Shown one piece after another: positions 16,821-27,907 of a stretch of DNA of 64,000 nt (position 1 is its first letter; each line of letters opens with the position of its first letter). The position numbers were made by a program, and so were the translations under genes. The notes under the pieces are model-generated. The model had not been told where the DNA came from. It searched no databases and saw only the letters and a list, made by a program, of their open reading frames with translations. Source of the DNA: Fidelibacterota bacterium (GTDB taxonomy: Bacteria; Pseudomonadota; Alphaproteobacteria; Rhodospirillales; Rhodospirillaceae); the NCBI GenBank assembly GCA_947476065.1, contig CANJPG010000006.1:6507-70506 (forward strand). The letters run 5' to 3'.

Positions 16821-17558
16821 GTGCATTTGGATAGCAGAAACGCCGAACGACCTGTCCGGCAGCGCCTCGCCCGGGCCGCCGTGGCGCTCGGCATTTTCCT
16901 TATTCTGGCGGGCGGCAACGGCGCCTTCGCCCACGGCATTGGCGGCAAGGACGGCGCTTTCGTGGCTGCGACGACCGGCCCCGAGATCCTGCCGTTCATG
17001 TATCTCGGTGCCAAACATATGGTCACGGGCTACGACCACCTGCTGTTTATTCTGGGCGTGATCTTCTTTCTCTATCGTCTGCGGGATGTGGCGCTGTACG
17101 TCACGGTATTCTCCATCGGTCACAGCATCACATTGCTGGCCGGTGTCCTGCTCAAGATCGAGGTGAACGCCTATCTCGTGGACGCCATCATTGGGCTCTC
17201 GGTGGTCTACAAGGCCTTCGATAATCTCGGCGGCTTCAGGCAGGTGCTTGGCGTCCAGCCCAACGACAAAGTCGCGGTCGGTACATTCGGCCTGATTCAT
17301 GGTTTCGGCTTGGCGACCAAGCTCCAAGCGTTTCAGCTCAATGAAAATGGCCTCGTTGCGAATATGGTCGGCTTCAATATCGGCGTGGAACTGGGTCAGT
17401 TGATCGCCCTGTCCGTTATCCTCGGCTTCATGGTGTGGTGGCGCCGTACCGCCAGTTTCGGCCGCGTTGCTGTCGCCGCCAATGCGCTGATCCTGATGGC
17501 CGGCTTTATGCTCATGGAATATCAGCTGGCAGGATATTTCCTTGGCAAGGGCGCCTGA
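16821..17558 (+). CDS. HupE/UreJ-family membrane protein (putative Ni/Co or other metal transporter)
   Basis: 245-aa ORF with a signal-like N-terminus. It has the GAKHMVTGYDHLLFILG motif and the polytopic layout typical of HupE/UreJ_2 proteins. Confidence 0.75.
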   Translation: MHLDSRNAERPVRQRLARAAVALGIFLILAGGNGAFAHGIGGKDGAFVAATTGPEILPFMYLGAKHMVTGYDHLLFILGVIFFLYRLRDVALYVTVFSIGHSITLLAGVLLKIEVNAYLVDAIIGLSVVYKAFDNLGGFRQVLGVQPNDKVAVGTFGLIHGFGLATKLQAFQLNENGLVANMVGFNIGVELGQLIALSVILGFMVWWRRTASFGRVAVAANALILMAGFMLMEYQLAGYFLGKGA

Positions 17559-17559
17559 G

Positions 17560-18231
17560 ATGACCGCTCCTGAACAGGCCCAGAAGACATTGTCGTCGCG
17601 CACCATTCTCGCCATCACCGTTGCAGCGCTCGCCGTCGGAACGGTGATCGTGTTCGGCGCGGTGCTGCCCGCCGAATTCAATCGCGACCCCTTGGGTCTA
17701 GGCAAAATGACCGGCCTTGCGCGTCTGTGGGCGCCGTCCGAGGTTGCCTTTGAAGGTTCCGGCAGTGGTGCCGTCTCACATGAATACGACACCGGCTTTC
17801 GCAGCGACGTCGTCAATATCCCGCTCCGCCAGTTTAAAGACCCAACGCGCGGCAACGCTCTCGAATACAAGGTCAGCATGAAAAAAGGTGCGACGCTGAT
17901 TTACGAATGGAGCGTTGCCGAACTCACCGACCCCAAGGAATTTTACACGGATTTTCACGGCCAGACCCTGACCGGCGCCCAAGAGGAAACCGTTGCCACC
18001 TACAAAGAAGCCGAAGCGGTGCGCGGCAGCGGTGCGCTGACAGCGCCCTTTGACGGCATTCACGGCTGGTATGTGGAGAACCGCTCGCCCCAAAATGTCG
18101 TCATGCAAATCAAGATTTCCGGCTTCTATTCCCTGGTCCCCCCGGGCGATCCCGGCAACGACGGCGGAATAAATGCGAATGTGCCGGCCGAACACGCCTT
18201 TGACCTGCCGCCCGACGAACCGCAGCATTAA
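17560..18231 (+). CDS. single-pass membrane-anchored protein of unknown function, partner of the HupE-like gene
   Basis: The track ORF 17542..18231 begins at a TTG. The ATG at 17560 lies 1 nt after the hupE-like stop and is the preferred start. One N-terminal TM (ILAITVAALAVGTVIVFGAVL) is followed by a soluble domain of about 180 aa. Confidence 0.6.
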   Translation: MTAPEQAQKTLSSRTILAITVAALAVGTVIVFGAVLPAEFNRDPLGLGKMTGLARLWAPSEVAFEGSGSGAVSHEYDTGFRSDVVNIPLRQFKDPTRGNALEYKVSMKKGATLIYEWSVAELTDPKEFYTDFHGQTLTGAQEETVATYKEAEAVRGSGALTAPFDGIHGWYVENRSPQNVVMQIKISGFYSLVPPGDPGNDGGINANVPAEHAFDLPPDEPQH

Positions 18232-18356
18232 GAGGCGGCATACAGCGCTGCAATTCGCCCCGTTTTCCCGGCCTTGAGCCAGCGGCTAATGGCTCGTATA
18301 GATAGCTTCTTCGGCTGCGGGCGGGTCTTTTGCAGGACGCCAGCGGCCCTGGCTTC

Positions 18357-18980
18357 ATGAGGACTGCAGGCGTGACCAACCATCTGCACCGCGGCGACCT
18401 TCCCAAAAACGTCACCTTCAGCGGCAGCGTTGCCGTTGATACCGAGACCATGGGCCTGCGCTTGCACCGCGACCGGTTGTGCCTCGTCCAGTTGTCGGGC
18501 GGCGACGGCCACGCCCACCTCGTCCAGATTTTGCCAGGCGTGCCGTCCCCCAATCTGGCGGCTGTGCTGGCTGACCCCAAGGTGGTCAAAATTTTCCATT
18601 TCGCGCGCTTCGATCTCGCCATGATCCAGCGCTATCTGAACGTGCGCTGCGAGCCGGTCTATTGCACGCGCACGGCCTCGCGTCTGGTGCGCACCAATAC
18701 CGACAAACACGGCCTCAAGGACCTCTGCAAAGAGCTGTTGGGCGTAGAGTTGTCCAAGCAGCAGCAGTCCTCCGATTGGGCAGCGCCCACGCTGACCACC
18801 GAGCAGATCGACTACGCCGCCTCCGACGTGCTGTATCTGCACAAGCTCAAGTCCGAGATGGAGCGCCTGGTGACCCGCGAAGGTCGCACGGCCCTTTTGG
18901 ACGCCTGCCACCGCTTCTTGCCCGACCGCGCCGCCCTCGACCTTGCCGGCTGGGCCGACGAGGACATCTTCGCCCATTAG
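18357..18980 (+). CDS. rnd: ribonuclease D-like 3'-5' exonuclease (short form)
   Basis: DEDD exonuclease motifs are present: VAVDTETMGL, KIFHFARFDLAMI and YAASDVLYLHKL. The ATG at 18357 is preferred over the TTG at 18330. Confidence 0.8.
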   Translation: MRTAGVTNHLHRGDLPKNVTFSGSVAVDTETMGLRLHRDRLCLVQLSGGDGHAHLVQILPGVPSPNLAAVLADPKVVKIFHFARFDLAMIQRYLNVRCEPVYCTRTASRLVRTNTDKHGLKDLCKELLGVELSKQQQSSDWAAPTLTTEQIDYAASDVLYLHKLKSEMERLVTREGRTALLDACHRFLPDRAALDLAGWADEDIFAH

Positions 18981-19075
18981 GCACGAAGCGGGCCGCCCCG
19001 GCTTCGGTAGGGCTATCCCATTGGTGATTCTTACGAATCCTGCAGAATTTGTCATCTTGGCGCGGGCCGGGCGGG

Positions 19076-19103
19076 TTGACCCCCAGGCACCATAGACGAT
19101 ACT
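19076..19103 (+). promoter_or_regulatory. sigma70-like promoter candidate upstream of kpsF-lptCAB (TTGACC-N16-GATACT)
   Basis: This is a hexamer match only, read from the sequence. Confidence 0.2.
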
Positions 19104-19365
19104 TTCCGCCCCTAGGACCGAGAGCGGCCCGGACCGCTAGGCTGGCCCGGGCATTCACTGGGTTTCGCCGCGGACATTTACGTGAGGTTTCACGCCTCGC
19201 CGCCATCGCCAACTGCATAGGACACGTGCCATCTCCGCCATCGGTTCCCATAAGCCGGCGCAAACGTCGCCTGCGAAAACCGCGTCGTCCGACGGCATCG
19301 CCGCCGCCCGGCGGGTTTTTGAGACCGCGAAGGAAGGCCTTGAGGCGCTGAGCGCCGGCCTCGGC

Positions 19366-20238
19366 GTGCCGTTCACCTCTGCCCTCGATATTTTCTCCGG
19401 CGTCACCGGCCGCGTCATCGTCACCGGTGTCGGCAAAAGCGGCCACGTCGGCCGCAAGATTGCCGCCACGCTTGCCTCTACCGGCACGCCAGCATTTTTT
19501 GTGCACGCGGGCGAGGCCAGCCACGGCGACCTCGGCATGATCGCCAAGGGCGACGCGGTGCTGGCGATTTCCAATTCCGGCGAGGCCGGCGAATTGCACG
19601 ACATTGTCGGCTACGCCAAGCGCTTCGACATCCCGCTGGTGGCGATCACCAGCAAAGCCGGCTCGACACTCGCGCAAGCGGCAACGATTGTGCTGCTGCT
19701 GCCGCCGGTGCCGGAAGCCTGCCCCATGGGTCTGGCCCCCACCACCTCGACCACGCTGACGCTCGCGATGGGCGATGCCTTGGCCGTGGCCCTTCTCGAG
19801 CGCCGCGGCTTCACCGCCGACGACTACAAGGTCTTTCACCCCGGCGGTCACCTGGGGCGCAAGTTATTCAAGGTCGAAGATCTGATGCATGGCGGCGACG
19901 AGTTGCCGCTGGTTCAGGTCAGCACCTCGATGTCCGATGTCGTGCTGGTCATGACGAACAAGACCTTTGGCGTCGCAGGTGTGGTTGATGCCGGCGGCCG
20001 TCTCGTGGGCATCGTCACCGACGGCGATCTGCGCCGCCACATCCGCGGCGATCTGTTCAAGCTCGTGGCCGGCGACATCATGACCAAAGATCCCAAGACC
20101 ACAGCGCGCAATATGCTAGCCGCCGAAGCCATGCGGCGCATGAACGACTGGAAGATCACCAGCGTCTTCGTCGCCGAGGATGGCAAGCCCGTCGGCATCC
20201 TGCGCATGCACGACATTTTGCGCGCGGGTGCCGTATGA
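19366..20238 (+). CDS. kpsF: arabinose-5-phosphate isomerase (KpsF/GutQ family: SIS + tandem CBS); true 5' end probably upstream
   Basis: The SIS motif is GRVIVTGVGKSGHVGRKIAATLASTGTPAFFVHAGEASHGDLGMI. CBS pairs lie in the C-terminal half. The in-frame upstream codons (..SSDGIAAARRVFETAKEGLEALSAGLG) look like the conserved KpsF N-terminal helix, but no ATG/GTG/TTG lies in that frame between 19186 and 19366. Confidence 0.85.
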   Translation: MPFTSALDIFSGVTGRVIVTGVGKSGHVGRKIAATLASTGTPAFFVHAGEASHGDLGMIAKGDAVLAISNSGEAGELHDIVGYAKRFDIPLVAITSKAGSTLAQAATIVLLLPPVPEACPMGLAPTTSTTLTLAMGDALAVALLERRGFTADDYKVFHPGGHLGRKLFKVEDLMHGGDELPLVQVSTSMSDVVLVMTNKTFGVAGVVDAGGRLVGIVTDGDLRRHIRGDLFKLVAGDIMTKDPKTTARNMLAAEAMRRMNDWKITSVFVAEDGKPVGILRMHDILRAGAV

Positions 20239-21029
20239 GCCCCGATACCTCCAAGCCCACCGCCGATACCCCCTCCAGTTCCGCGTCCGGGCCCCGCTCC
20301 AACCAAGGCCCCAACCACGAAGCCGACAGCGTCACGATCTGGCAGCTGCGCCAGACCGAAGTTGGGCAATCGGTCGCCCAGTACAGCCGCTTCGTTTCGG
20401 CGATGAAACTCGCGCTTCCCGTGGCTGCCGGCATTCTCTTGTTGCTGGTGGTGGTGCTGCCGCAGTTCCGCGACGACGACGCCCGCTTTCGTATCGGCAT
20501 GGATCTCGTCAAAGGCTCCAGCAACGACACGCTGAGCATGACCAACGCGCGCTACTTCGGCACCGACGAAAAGGGCCAGCCCTATTCCGTGACCGCCCAG
20601 GGCGTGCGCCAGCACACCAAAGATGACAACGCCATCGACCTGGTTTCGCCCAAGGCCGAAATCAATCTTACCAACGGCACCTACCTTCAGGCTGCCGCCT
20701 CGCAAGGTCTCTACGACCGCGCCAAGGAAAAGCTCGATCTTTCCGGCGAAGTGACGGTGTTCCAGGATCAGGGCAATCAGATCAAAACCAGCCAGGCCAT
20801 GGTCATGCTGAAGGCCGGAACCGCCACGGGCCGCCAGCCGGTCAGCGGCGAGGGTCCCTACGGCACCATGCAGGCCGATGGTGGTTTTGATATGTCCGAG
20901 AACGGTCGCACGATGAAATTCCTAGGCCCGGCCCGCGTGACATTCAATCCCGACGCCAAAACAAAATCCGCGGCGCAACCGAGTCCTGCCGCTCCCCCTT
21001 CCGCGCCACAGGCCCAAACCAAACCATGA
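20235..21029 (+). CDS. lptC: LPS export system protein LptC (with Ser/Pro-rich N-terminal extension)
   Basis: Its ATG overlaps the kpsF stop (ATGA). It has a single TM (LALPVAAGILLLLVVVLP) followed by an OstA-like beta-jellyroll region. It sits in the conserved position before lptA. Confidence 0.75.
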   Translation: MSPDTSKPTADTPSSSASGPRSNQGPNHEADSVTIWQLRQTEVGQSVAQYSRFVSAMKLALPVAAGILLLLVVVLPQFRDDDARFRIGMDLVKGSSNDTLSMTNARYFGTDEKGQPYSVTAQGVRQHTKDDNAIDLVSPKAEINLTNGTYLQAAASQGLYDRAKEKLDLSGEVTVFQDQGNQIKTSQAMVMLKAGTATGRQPVSGEGPYGTMQADGGFDMSENGRTMKFLGPARVTFNPDAKTKSAAQPSPAAPPSAPQAQTKP

Positions 21030-21937
21030 GTATGTTCAGATCCCTCCTCGTTCTTGTCGCCGTTGTCGCGGGTGCATTCAACGCGCCGGCCCATGCGCAA
21101 TCACTCAAGTTCGACGGCGGCGAGCGCCCGATTGATGTCACCGCCCAGGTCGGCATTGAATTGCAGCAGGACAACAAACGCGTCATTGCGCGCGGCAATG
21201 CCAAGGCCGTGCAGGGCGACGTCACAGTGACCGGCGACGAGCTAATCGCCGACTATCGCACCAAGGCCGACGGCGCCAGCGAGGTGTACCGTGTGTTCGC
21301 CAGCGGCAGCGTCGTCATGAAGTCCGCCAGCGAAACCGCTACCGGTGATTCGGCGATCTATGATTTCGACAAGGGCGTGCTTGTGCTCGAAGGCAAGCTG
21401 GTAACGCTGATAAATCCCGAAGGCTCGGTCACCGCCCATCAGGCTTTGCAGTATTGGTCTAACGAACGTGTCGCCGTCGCCGAAGGCCAGGCCTTCGCCG
21501 AAGACAAAGACAAGCGCCGCCTGCACGCCGACAAGCTGATCGCGTTCTTTAGGGAAGACACCACACCCGCGGCCAAAGGTGCGACCAAAACCGCTTTCGC
21601 CGCAAATCGCGGCGATATCAATCTTATCCAGGGCTTCGGCAACGTGCGCATGGAGACGGAAAAAGAAACCGTGCGCGGCGACCGCGGCACCTACAATCTT
21701 GAAACCGGCATTGCCACCCTCGACGGCGGTGTCAAAATCACGCAGAACAACAATCAGCTCGGCGGCGGCTTTGCCGTGGTCAACGTCAAGGGCGGCACCA
21801 GCCGCCTTTACGCCAGCGCCAAGGAAGCCGGCATGTCGGGTGTGAAGGAAAATGGACGGGTCTCGGCGCTGATTGCGCCCAGCCCGAAGCAGACGTCCGC
21901 GCCTTCCGCTGCGCCGGCTAAAGAAGGACAGAAATGA
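21026..21937 (+). CDS. lptA: LPS transport periplasmic protein LptA (OstA-like), long form
   Basis: The signal peptide is MSMFRSLLVLVAVVAGAFNAPAHA. OstA-like repeats are present (ARGNAKAVQGDVTVTGDELI; GNVRMETEKETVRGDRGTYN). It is overlap-coupled to lptC and lptB. Confidence 0.8.
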   Translation: MSMFRSLLVLVAVVAGAFNAPAHAQSLKFDGGERPIDVTAQVGIELQQDNKRVIARGNAKAVQGDVTVTGDELIADYRTKADGASEVYRVFASGSVVMKSASETATGDSAIYDFDKGVLVLEGKLVTLINPEGSVTAHQALQYWSNERVAVAEGQAFAEDKDKRRLHADKLIAFFREDTTPAAKGATKTAFAANRGDINLIQGFGNVRMETEKETVRGDRGTYNLETGIATLDGGVKITQNNNQLGGGFAVVNVKGGTSRLYASAKEAGMSGVKENGRVSALIAPSPKQTSAPSAAPAKEGQK

Positions 21938-22713
21938 CGCCTGATACGGTAAACGACATGGGCGCTGGGGCGGCAACACAGCCCGGGTCCGACGCGGGCC
22001 TAGTGGTGCGCAATCTCGGCAAGCAGTTCAAGGGCCGGCCCGTGCTGCGCGATGTCAGCCTGTCGGTGAAGCGCGGCGAAGCCGTGGGCCTCTTGGGTCC
22101 GAACGGCGCCGGCAAGACCACGTCGTTCTATTGCGTCACCGGCCTCATCAGCCCCGACCAGGGCAAGATCTACCTCGACGGCCAGGACATCACGCCGCTG
22201 CCGATGTACCGGCGCGCGCGCCTGGGTATCGGTTATCTGCCCCAGGAAGCCTCGATCTTTCGCGGCATGACGGTTGAAGGCAACATCCGCGCCGTCGCCG
22301 AAGTCGTCGAGACCGACAAAGCTGCCCAGAGCGCGCTGGTCGATGCCCTGCTGCGCGAGTTCTCCATCGACCACCTGCGCCGCTCGCCGGCCCTGGCGCT
22401 GTCGGGCGGCGAGCGCCGCCGGTGCGAGATCGCCCGCGCCCTGGCCTCGCGGCCCAGCTTCATCCTGCTTGACGAGCCCCTGGCGGGCATCGATCCCATT
22501 GCTGTGGGTGAAATCCGCGAGATGGTCTCCCACCTCAAGGACCGCGGCCTTGGCGTGCTGATCACCGACCACAATGTCCGCGAGACCCTCGACATTATCG
22601 ACCGCGCCTACATCCTTCACGAGGGCACCGTACTGTTCGAGGGCAGCCCCTCTGAAATCGTGGCCCATGAAGGGGTTAGGCGCGTGTATTTGGGCGAACG
22701 ATTCAGCCTTTAG
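21934..22713 (+). CDS. lptB: LPS export ABC transporter ATP-binding protein LptB
   Basis: Walker A is GPNGAGKTT, the signature is LSGGERRR and Walker B is ILLDEP. It sits in the conserved position before rpoN. Confidence 0.92.
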   Translation: MTPDTVNDMGAGAATQPGSDAGLVVRNLGKQFKGRPVLRDVSLSVKRGEAVGLLGPNGAGKTTSFYCVTGLISPDQGKIYLDGQDITPLPMYRRARLGIGYLPQEASIFRGMTVEGNIRAVAEVVETDKAAQSALVDALLREFSIDHLRRSPALALSGGERRRCEIARALASRPSFILLDEPLAGIDPIAVGEIREMVSHLKDRGLGVLITDHNVRETLDIIDRAYILHEGTVLFEGSPSEIVAHEGVRRVYLGERFSL

Positions 22714-22848
22714 GCGACCGCGTCACCGAATTCTTAAACATTTTCCTTAAAAGTGGACCGGTTCTTGCATAAGCCGGTGCCTTCTGATTTCTAGGGGGCC
22801 GAGCTTTCGCAGATCAGTGCGGAAATCCCGAGCCGGTGACCCTTTTCC

Positions 22849-24357
22849 ATGGCCCTCGCGCCACGTTTAGACCTGAGGCAGAGCCAAAGCCTCGTCATCA
22901 CGCCCCAGCTCCAGCAGGCGATCAAACTGCTGCAGTTGTCGGCGATTGAGCTGGCGGAATACGTCGAGCAGGAACTCACCTCCAATCCACTTCTCGAAAC
23001 CGACGACGCCGGCGAGACCGGCGCGCTGACGGAAAGTGCCGGCAATGCCGATGATCGCCAGGGTGACGATCTGTCGGTGGTTGATGCCGTCGACGGCCAG
23101 ACCGATGCGCCTCTGGACGTGGAATCGTCCATATCCGACAGCAATTCGGCCCTGGGCGATGACGGCAGCGACCGGGGCGGCATGGATACCCACAACGCCG
23201 ACAATTGGAATGGCACCAGCATGTCGGGCGACATGCCCGATCTCGAGCGCACTTTGGCCGATACCCCCGACCTGCGCAGCCATCTCATTCAGCAGCTCAA
23301 TCTATCCGTGACCGCACCCGCCGAACGCTTCATCGGCGTGTTCCTCATCGATCAGCTCGACGAGAGCGGATACATGCGCATGAGTCTCGCCGACGCCGCC
23401 GAGCAACTCGGCACCGATGTGCCGCGCATCGAACGCGTGCTCGCCCTGCTGCAGCGCTTCGACCCCGCCGGGGTCTTCGCGCGCGACTTGAAAGAGTGCC
23501 TGCGTCTGCAGCTGGAGGACCGCAACCGCTTCGACCCGGCGATGGCGGCCTTCATCGCCAACATCGAATTGCTGGCGGCGCGCGACATCAAGAAGCTGCG
23601 CGAGATTTGCGCCGTGTCGATGGAAGACCTGCAGGACATGATCTCCGAGGTGCGCGCCCTCGACCCGAAGCCCGCCCTGAAATTTGAGCGCTCCATCACC
23701 GAAGCGGTGATCCCCGACGTCATCATGTCGCCGCGCCCCGACGGCAGCTGGCGGATCGAGCTTAATTCGGACACCCTGCCGCGCGTGCTCGTCAACCGCA
23801 GTTATATCAGCGATATCGGCCGCGGCGGTGTCACCAAAACCGACAAGGACTTCCTCGCCGAAAAGCTTCAGTCCGCCAATTGGCTGGTGAAGGCCTTGAA
23901 CCAGCGCGCGGAAACGATCCTGAAAGTGGCGACCGAACTCGTCAAACAGCAGGAGGCTTTCTTTCGTCTCGGCGTGCAGCACCTGCGCCCGCTGATTCTG
24001 CGCGATGTCGCCGACGCCATCGAGATGCACGAAAGCACCGTCAGCCGCGTGACCACCAACAAATACATGGCCACGCCGCGCGGCATCTTCGAGCTGAAAT
24101 ATTTCTTCACGCAAGGGTTGCCCTCGGCCCACGGCGCCGACGCGCATTCAGCCGAGGCTGTGCGCCACCGCATCAAGATCCTGATTGATAACGAAGCCTT
24201 GACCGACGTGCTGTCGGACGACCGCATCGTTGACATCCTGCGCACCGACGGCGTCGAGGTCGCCCGGCGCACTGTCGCGAAGTACCGGGATTCGCTCAAT
24301 ATTCCCTCCTCGGTTCAGCGGCGCCGCGACAAGGCGGCCGGCTACACCGGGCGTTAA
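22849..24357 (+). CDS. rpoN: RNA polymerase sigma-54 factor
   Basis: The N-terminus is MALAPRLDLRQSQSLVITPQLQQAIKLLQLS. An acidic region follows. The C-terminal RpoN box ARRTVAKYR is present. Confidence 0.95.
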   Translation: MALAPRLDLRQSQSLVITPQLQQAIKLLQLSAIELAEYVEQELTSNPLLETDDAGETGALTESAGNADDRQGDDLSVVDAVDGQTDAPLDVESSISDSNSALGDDGSDRGGMDTHNADNWNGTSMSGDMPDLERTLADTPDLRSHLIQQLNLSVTAPAERFIGVFLIDQLDESGYMRMSLADAAEQLGTDVPRIERVLALLQRFDPAGVFARDLKECLRLQLEDRNRFDPAMAAFIANIELLAARDIKKLREICAVSMEDLQDMISEVRALDPKPALKFERSITEAVIPDVIMSPRPDGSWRIELNSDTLPRVLVNRSYISDIGRGGVTKTDKDFLAEKLQSANWLVKALNQRAETILKVATELVKQQEAFFRLGVQHLRPLILRDVADAIEMHESTVSRVTTNKYMATPRGIFELKYFFTQGLPSAHGADAHSAEAVRHRIKILIDNEALTDVLSDDRIVDILRTDGVEVARRTVAKYRDSLNIPSSVQRRRDKAAGYTGR

Positions 24358-24375
24358 TATCTCGACCCTCAATTC

Positions 24376-24404
24376 TTGACTTCCCGGGGGGTCGCGCCTA
24401 TGTT
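24376..24404 (+). promoter_or_regulatory. sigma70-like promoter candidate in the rpoN-ptsN gap (TTGACT-N17-TATGTT)
   Basis: The hexamers were read from the sequence. It lies 235 nt upstream of the ptsN start. Confidence 0.3.
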
Positions 24405-24639
24405 CCGCCACCTTTTGAAAGGCCTGCGGCACGCGCTGCGCCGCCCGCCATTTTCGGCTACCGGTTTCTTGGGCGTCATCATTGTATGACGGGGGAGACG
24501 CGGCACTAGCCGATGCGACAGTGAACAAAAATAACGGTCGAGTTTATCGTCTCGTATGAAATCGGTTTTGTCCGCATCCAGTTCACGCTTGCCCCGCCGG
24601 CGAACGCTAGCTTTTGGTACGGCGGCTTAAGGGCGCGAC

Positions 24640-25101
24640 ATGGAAATCAGTGATCTCATCAAACCCGAAGCGGTGATTTCGGGCCTGAAGGCTAGCAGCA
24701 AAAAGCAAGGGATGCAGGAACTCGCGCGCCATGCCGCGCAGATCACTGGCGTCAACGACAAGAAGATTTTCGAAACGCTGCTGGAGCGCGAACGCCTGGG
24801 CACAACCGGCGTCGGCAACGGCATTGCGATTCCGCACGGCAAGCTGCCCGAGTTCAAGCGTCTGTACGGCGTCTTCGCCAAACTCGACAAGCCGATCGAT
24901 TTTGACGCCATCGACGAACAGCCCGTCGATTTGATCTTCCTGCTGCTGGCGCCCGAGGGCGCCGGGGCTGACCATCTCAAGGCGCTGGCCCGTGTTTCGC
25001 GCCTTCTGCGCGATGCCCGCACCTGTGAAAAACTGCGCGGCACTAATACCGCCGATGGCCTTTACATGCTGCTGATCCAGTCGGAAGCGCAGGCCGCCTA
25101 G
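24640..25101 (+). CDS. ptsN: PTS IIA-like nitrogen regulatory protein PtsN (EIIA-Ntr)
   Basis: 153-aa ORF. The phosphorylatable His lies in the context GVGNGIAIPHGKL. It sits in the conserved location downstream of rpoN. Confidence 0.9.
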   Translation: MEISDLIKPEAVISGLKASSKKQGMQELARHAAQITGVNDKKIFETLLERERLGTTGVGNGIAIPHGKLPEFKRLYGVFAKLDKPIDFDAIDEQPVDLIFLLLAPEGAGADHLKALARVSRLLRDARTCEKLRGTNTADGLYMLLIQSEAQAA

Positions 25102-25123
25102 CCGTCTTCAGAGGGGGATAGCC

Positions 25124-25429
25124 ATGAAATCCGTTGCCGCCCTCTTGTTCATCACGCTGATCCCGCTGCCCGGCTTCGCGCAAACTCTGCCGAAATCGTC
25201 GGGCAACCCGCTCCAGGAAATGTGCCTGGGTTTCCTCGAAGAAAGTGCGCAGGGTATTTCCGGCGACCGCAGCAAGCTGTGCACGTGCCTGGTACGCGAA
25301 GTCCAGGCGCGCATGACCGCCAAAGAAATGGAAGCCTACAACAAGAGCGCTGTGAACGGTCAGCAGCCACCGCCCGAGGTCATGGAGAAGGTCGTCGGCA
25401 TCGCCACCGCCTGCTTAACGGCGCAATAA
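25124..25429 (+). CDS. small secreted four-Cys protein of unknown function
   Basis: 101-aa ORF with the signal peptide MKSVAALLFITLIPLPGFAQ. GGGGGA lies upstream and codon usage is GC3-rich. Confidence 0.55.
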   Translation: MKSVAALLFITLIPLPGFAQTLPKSSGNPLQEMCLGFLEESAQGISGDRSKLCTCLVREVQARMTAKEMEAYNKSAVNGQQPPPEVMEKVVGIATACLTAQ

Positions 25430-25431
25430 AC

Positions 25432-26154
25432 TCAGCGCGGCGGCATGCGGAAGGCGACGGTGAACTTGAAGCCGGACGACGAAACCGGTCTTCCAGTACG
25501 GTCCAGCATCGGCGTGAAGCGCCACTTTCTGAAACTTTCCAGCGCCGCCTGATCGAAAACGATCGGCGGCATTGATTTCGAGATGTGCGCGTCGGTTACC
25601 GCACCCGTGGCGTCGAGGCCATAGGAGATTTCGACGTCGCCCTCGACGCGCTGCGCATGCTGATCCCGGGGATATTCGGTCTCGGTGTAATAGACCCGCT
25701 GCGGGTCCTTGCCGTCGGCCATCTCGATGCCCTTGGCGACGAGTACTGCCTGAGCGCCGGCGGTCAACGTGTCGCCGTTCTCCTCGGCCAGCTTGATCAG
25801 CAGGGTGCGGCGCGGCTGCAACTTGGATTCCGTCTGCCCGGCGGCAGCGCGCAGATCCAACTCCTGCTTTAGCGCGGCGATGGCGCCGCGAACGTTGCGC
25901 TGGCTGAGCTGGCCTTCGGAAATGGCCTGCACGAAGAACAGTGTGTCGGGCGATTTATCACCGACAATCTCGTGGGCCAGCGTAAAGCCTTTTTGCGACA
26001 GGCTGAGCACCTTGGCAAAGTCCTTCGTGCCATAGGCGCGCTGCACCTGCTCCTTGATCGTCTTGATCTCGCGCTTTTTGCTGTCGTTGCCGCAACCGGC
26101 AAGCGCAACCGCGCCGATCAAGACGGCGCACAGCAATCGCATTTTCGTCGTCAT
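25432..26154 (-). CDS. lipoprotein with C-terminal TonB_C-like domain
   Basis: The internal start MTTKMRLLCAVLIGAVALAGCG carries a lipobox (LAGC) and is preferred over the track start at 26193. The C-terminus VEGDVEISYGLDATGAVTDAHISKS..ALESFRKWRFTP resembles the TonB C-terminal domain. Confidence 0.65.
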   Translation of the reverse strand: MTTKMRLLCAVLIGAVALAGCGNDSKKREIKTIKEQVQRAYGTKDFAKVLSLSQKGFTLAHEIVGDKSPDTLFFVQAISEGQLSQRNVRGAIAALKQELDLRAAAGQTESKLQPRRTLLIKLAEENGDTLTAGAQAVLVAKGIEMADGKDPQRVYYTETEYPRDQHAQRVEGDVEISYGLDATGAVTDAHISKSMPPIVFDQAALESFRKWRFTPMLDRTGRPVSSSGFKFTVAFRMPPR

Positions 26155-26287
26155 GTAACAGCTCCTGCCGCACCGCGGCATCAATGGCGGCACAGATTTG
26201 GTTCGAATCAGGCTGGCATAATTTGGATACTTTTAGGTTAACGCGGCGGCTGTCATGATCGCAGCCGGGACGGAAACGGGAGATTCC

Positions 26288-27907
<1,620 letters not shown>

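Noticed and set aside
24358-24639. Degenerate hpf (ribosome hibernation factor) remnant between rpoN and ptsN
   Set aside because: Translation of all three forward frames gives only very short ORFs with no resemblance to the HPF N-terminus.
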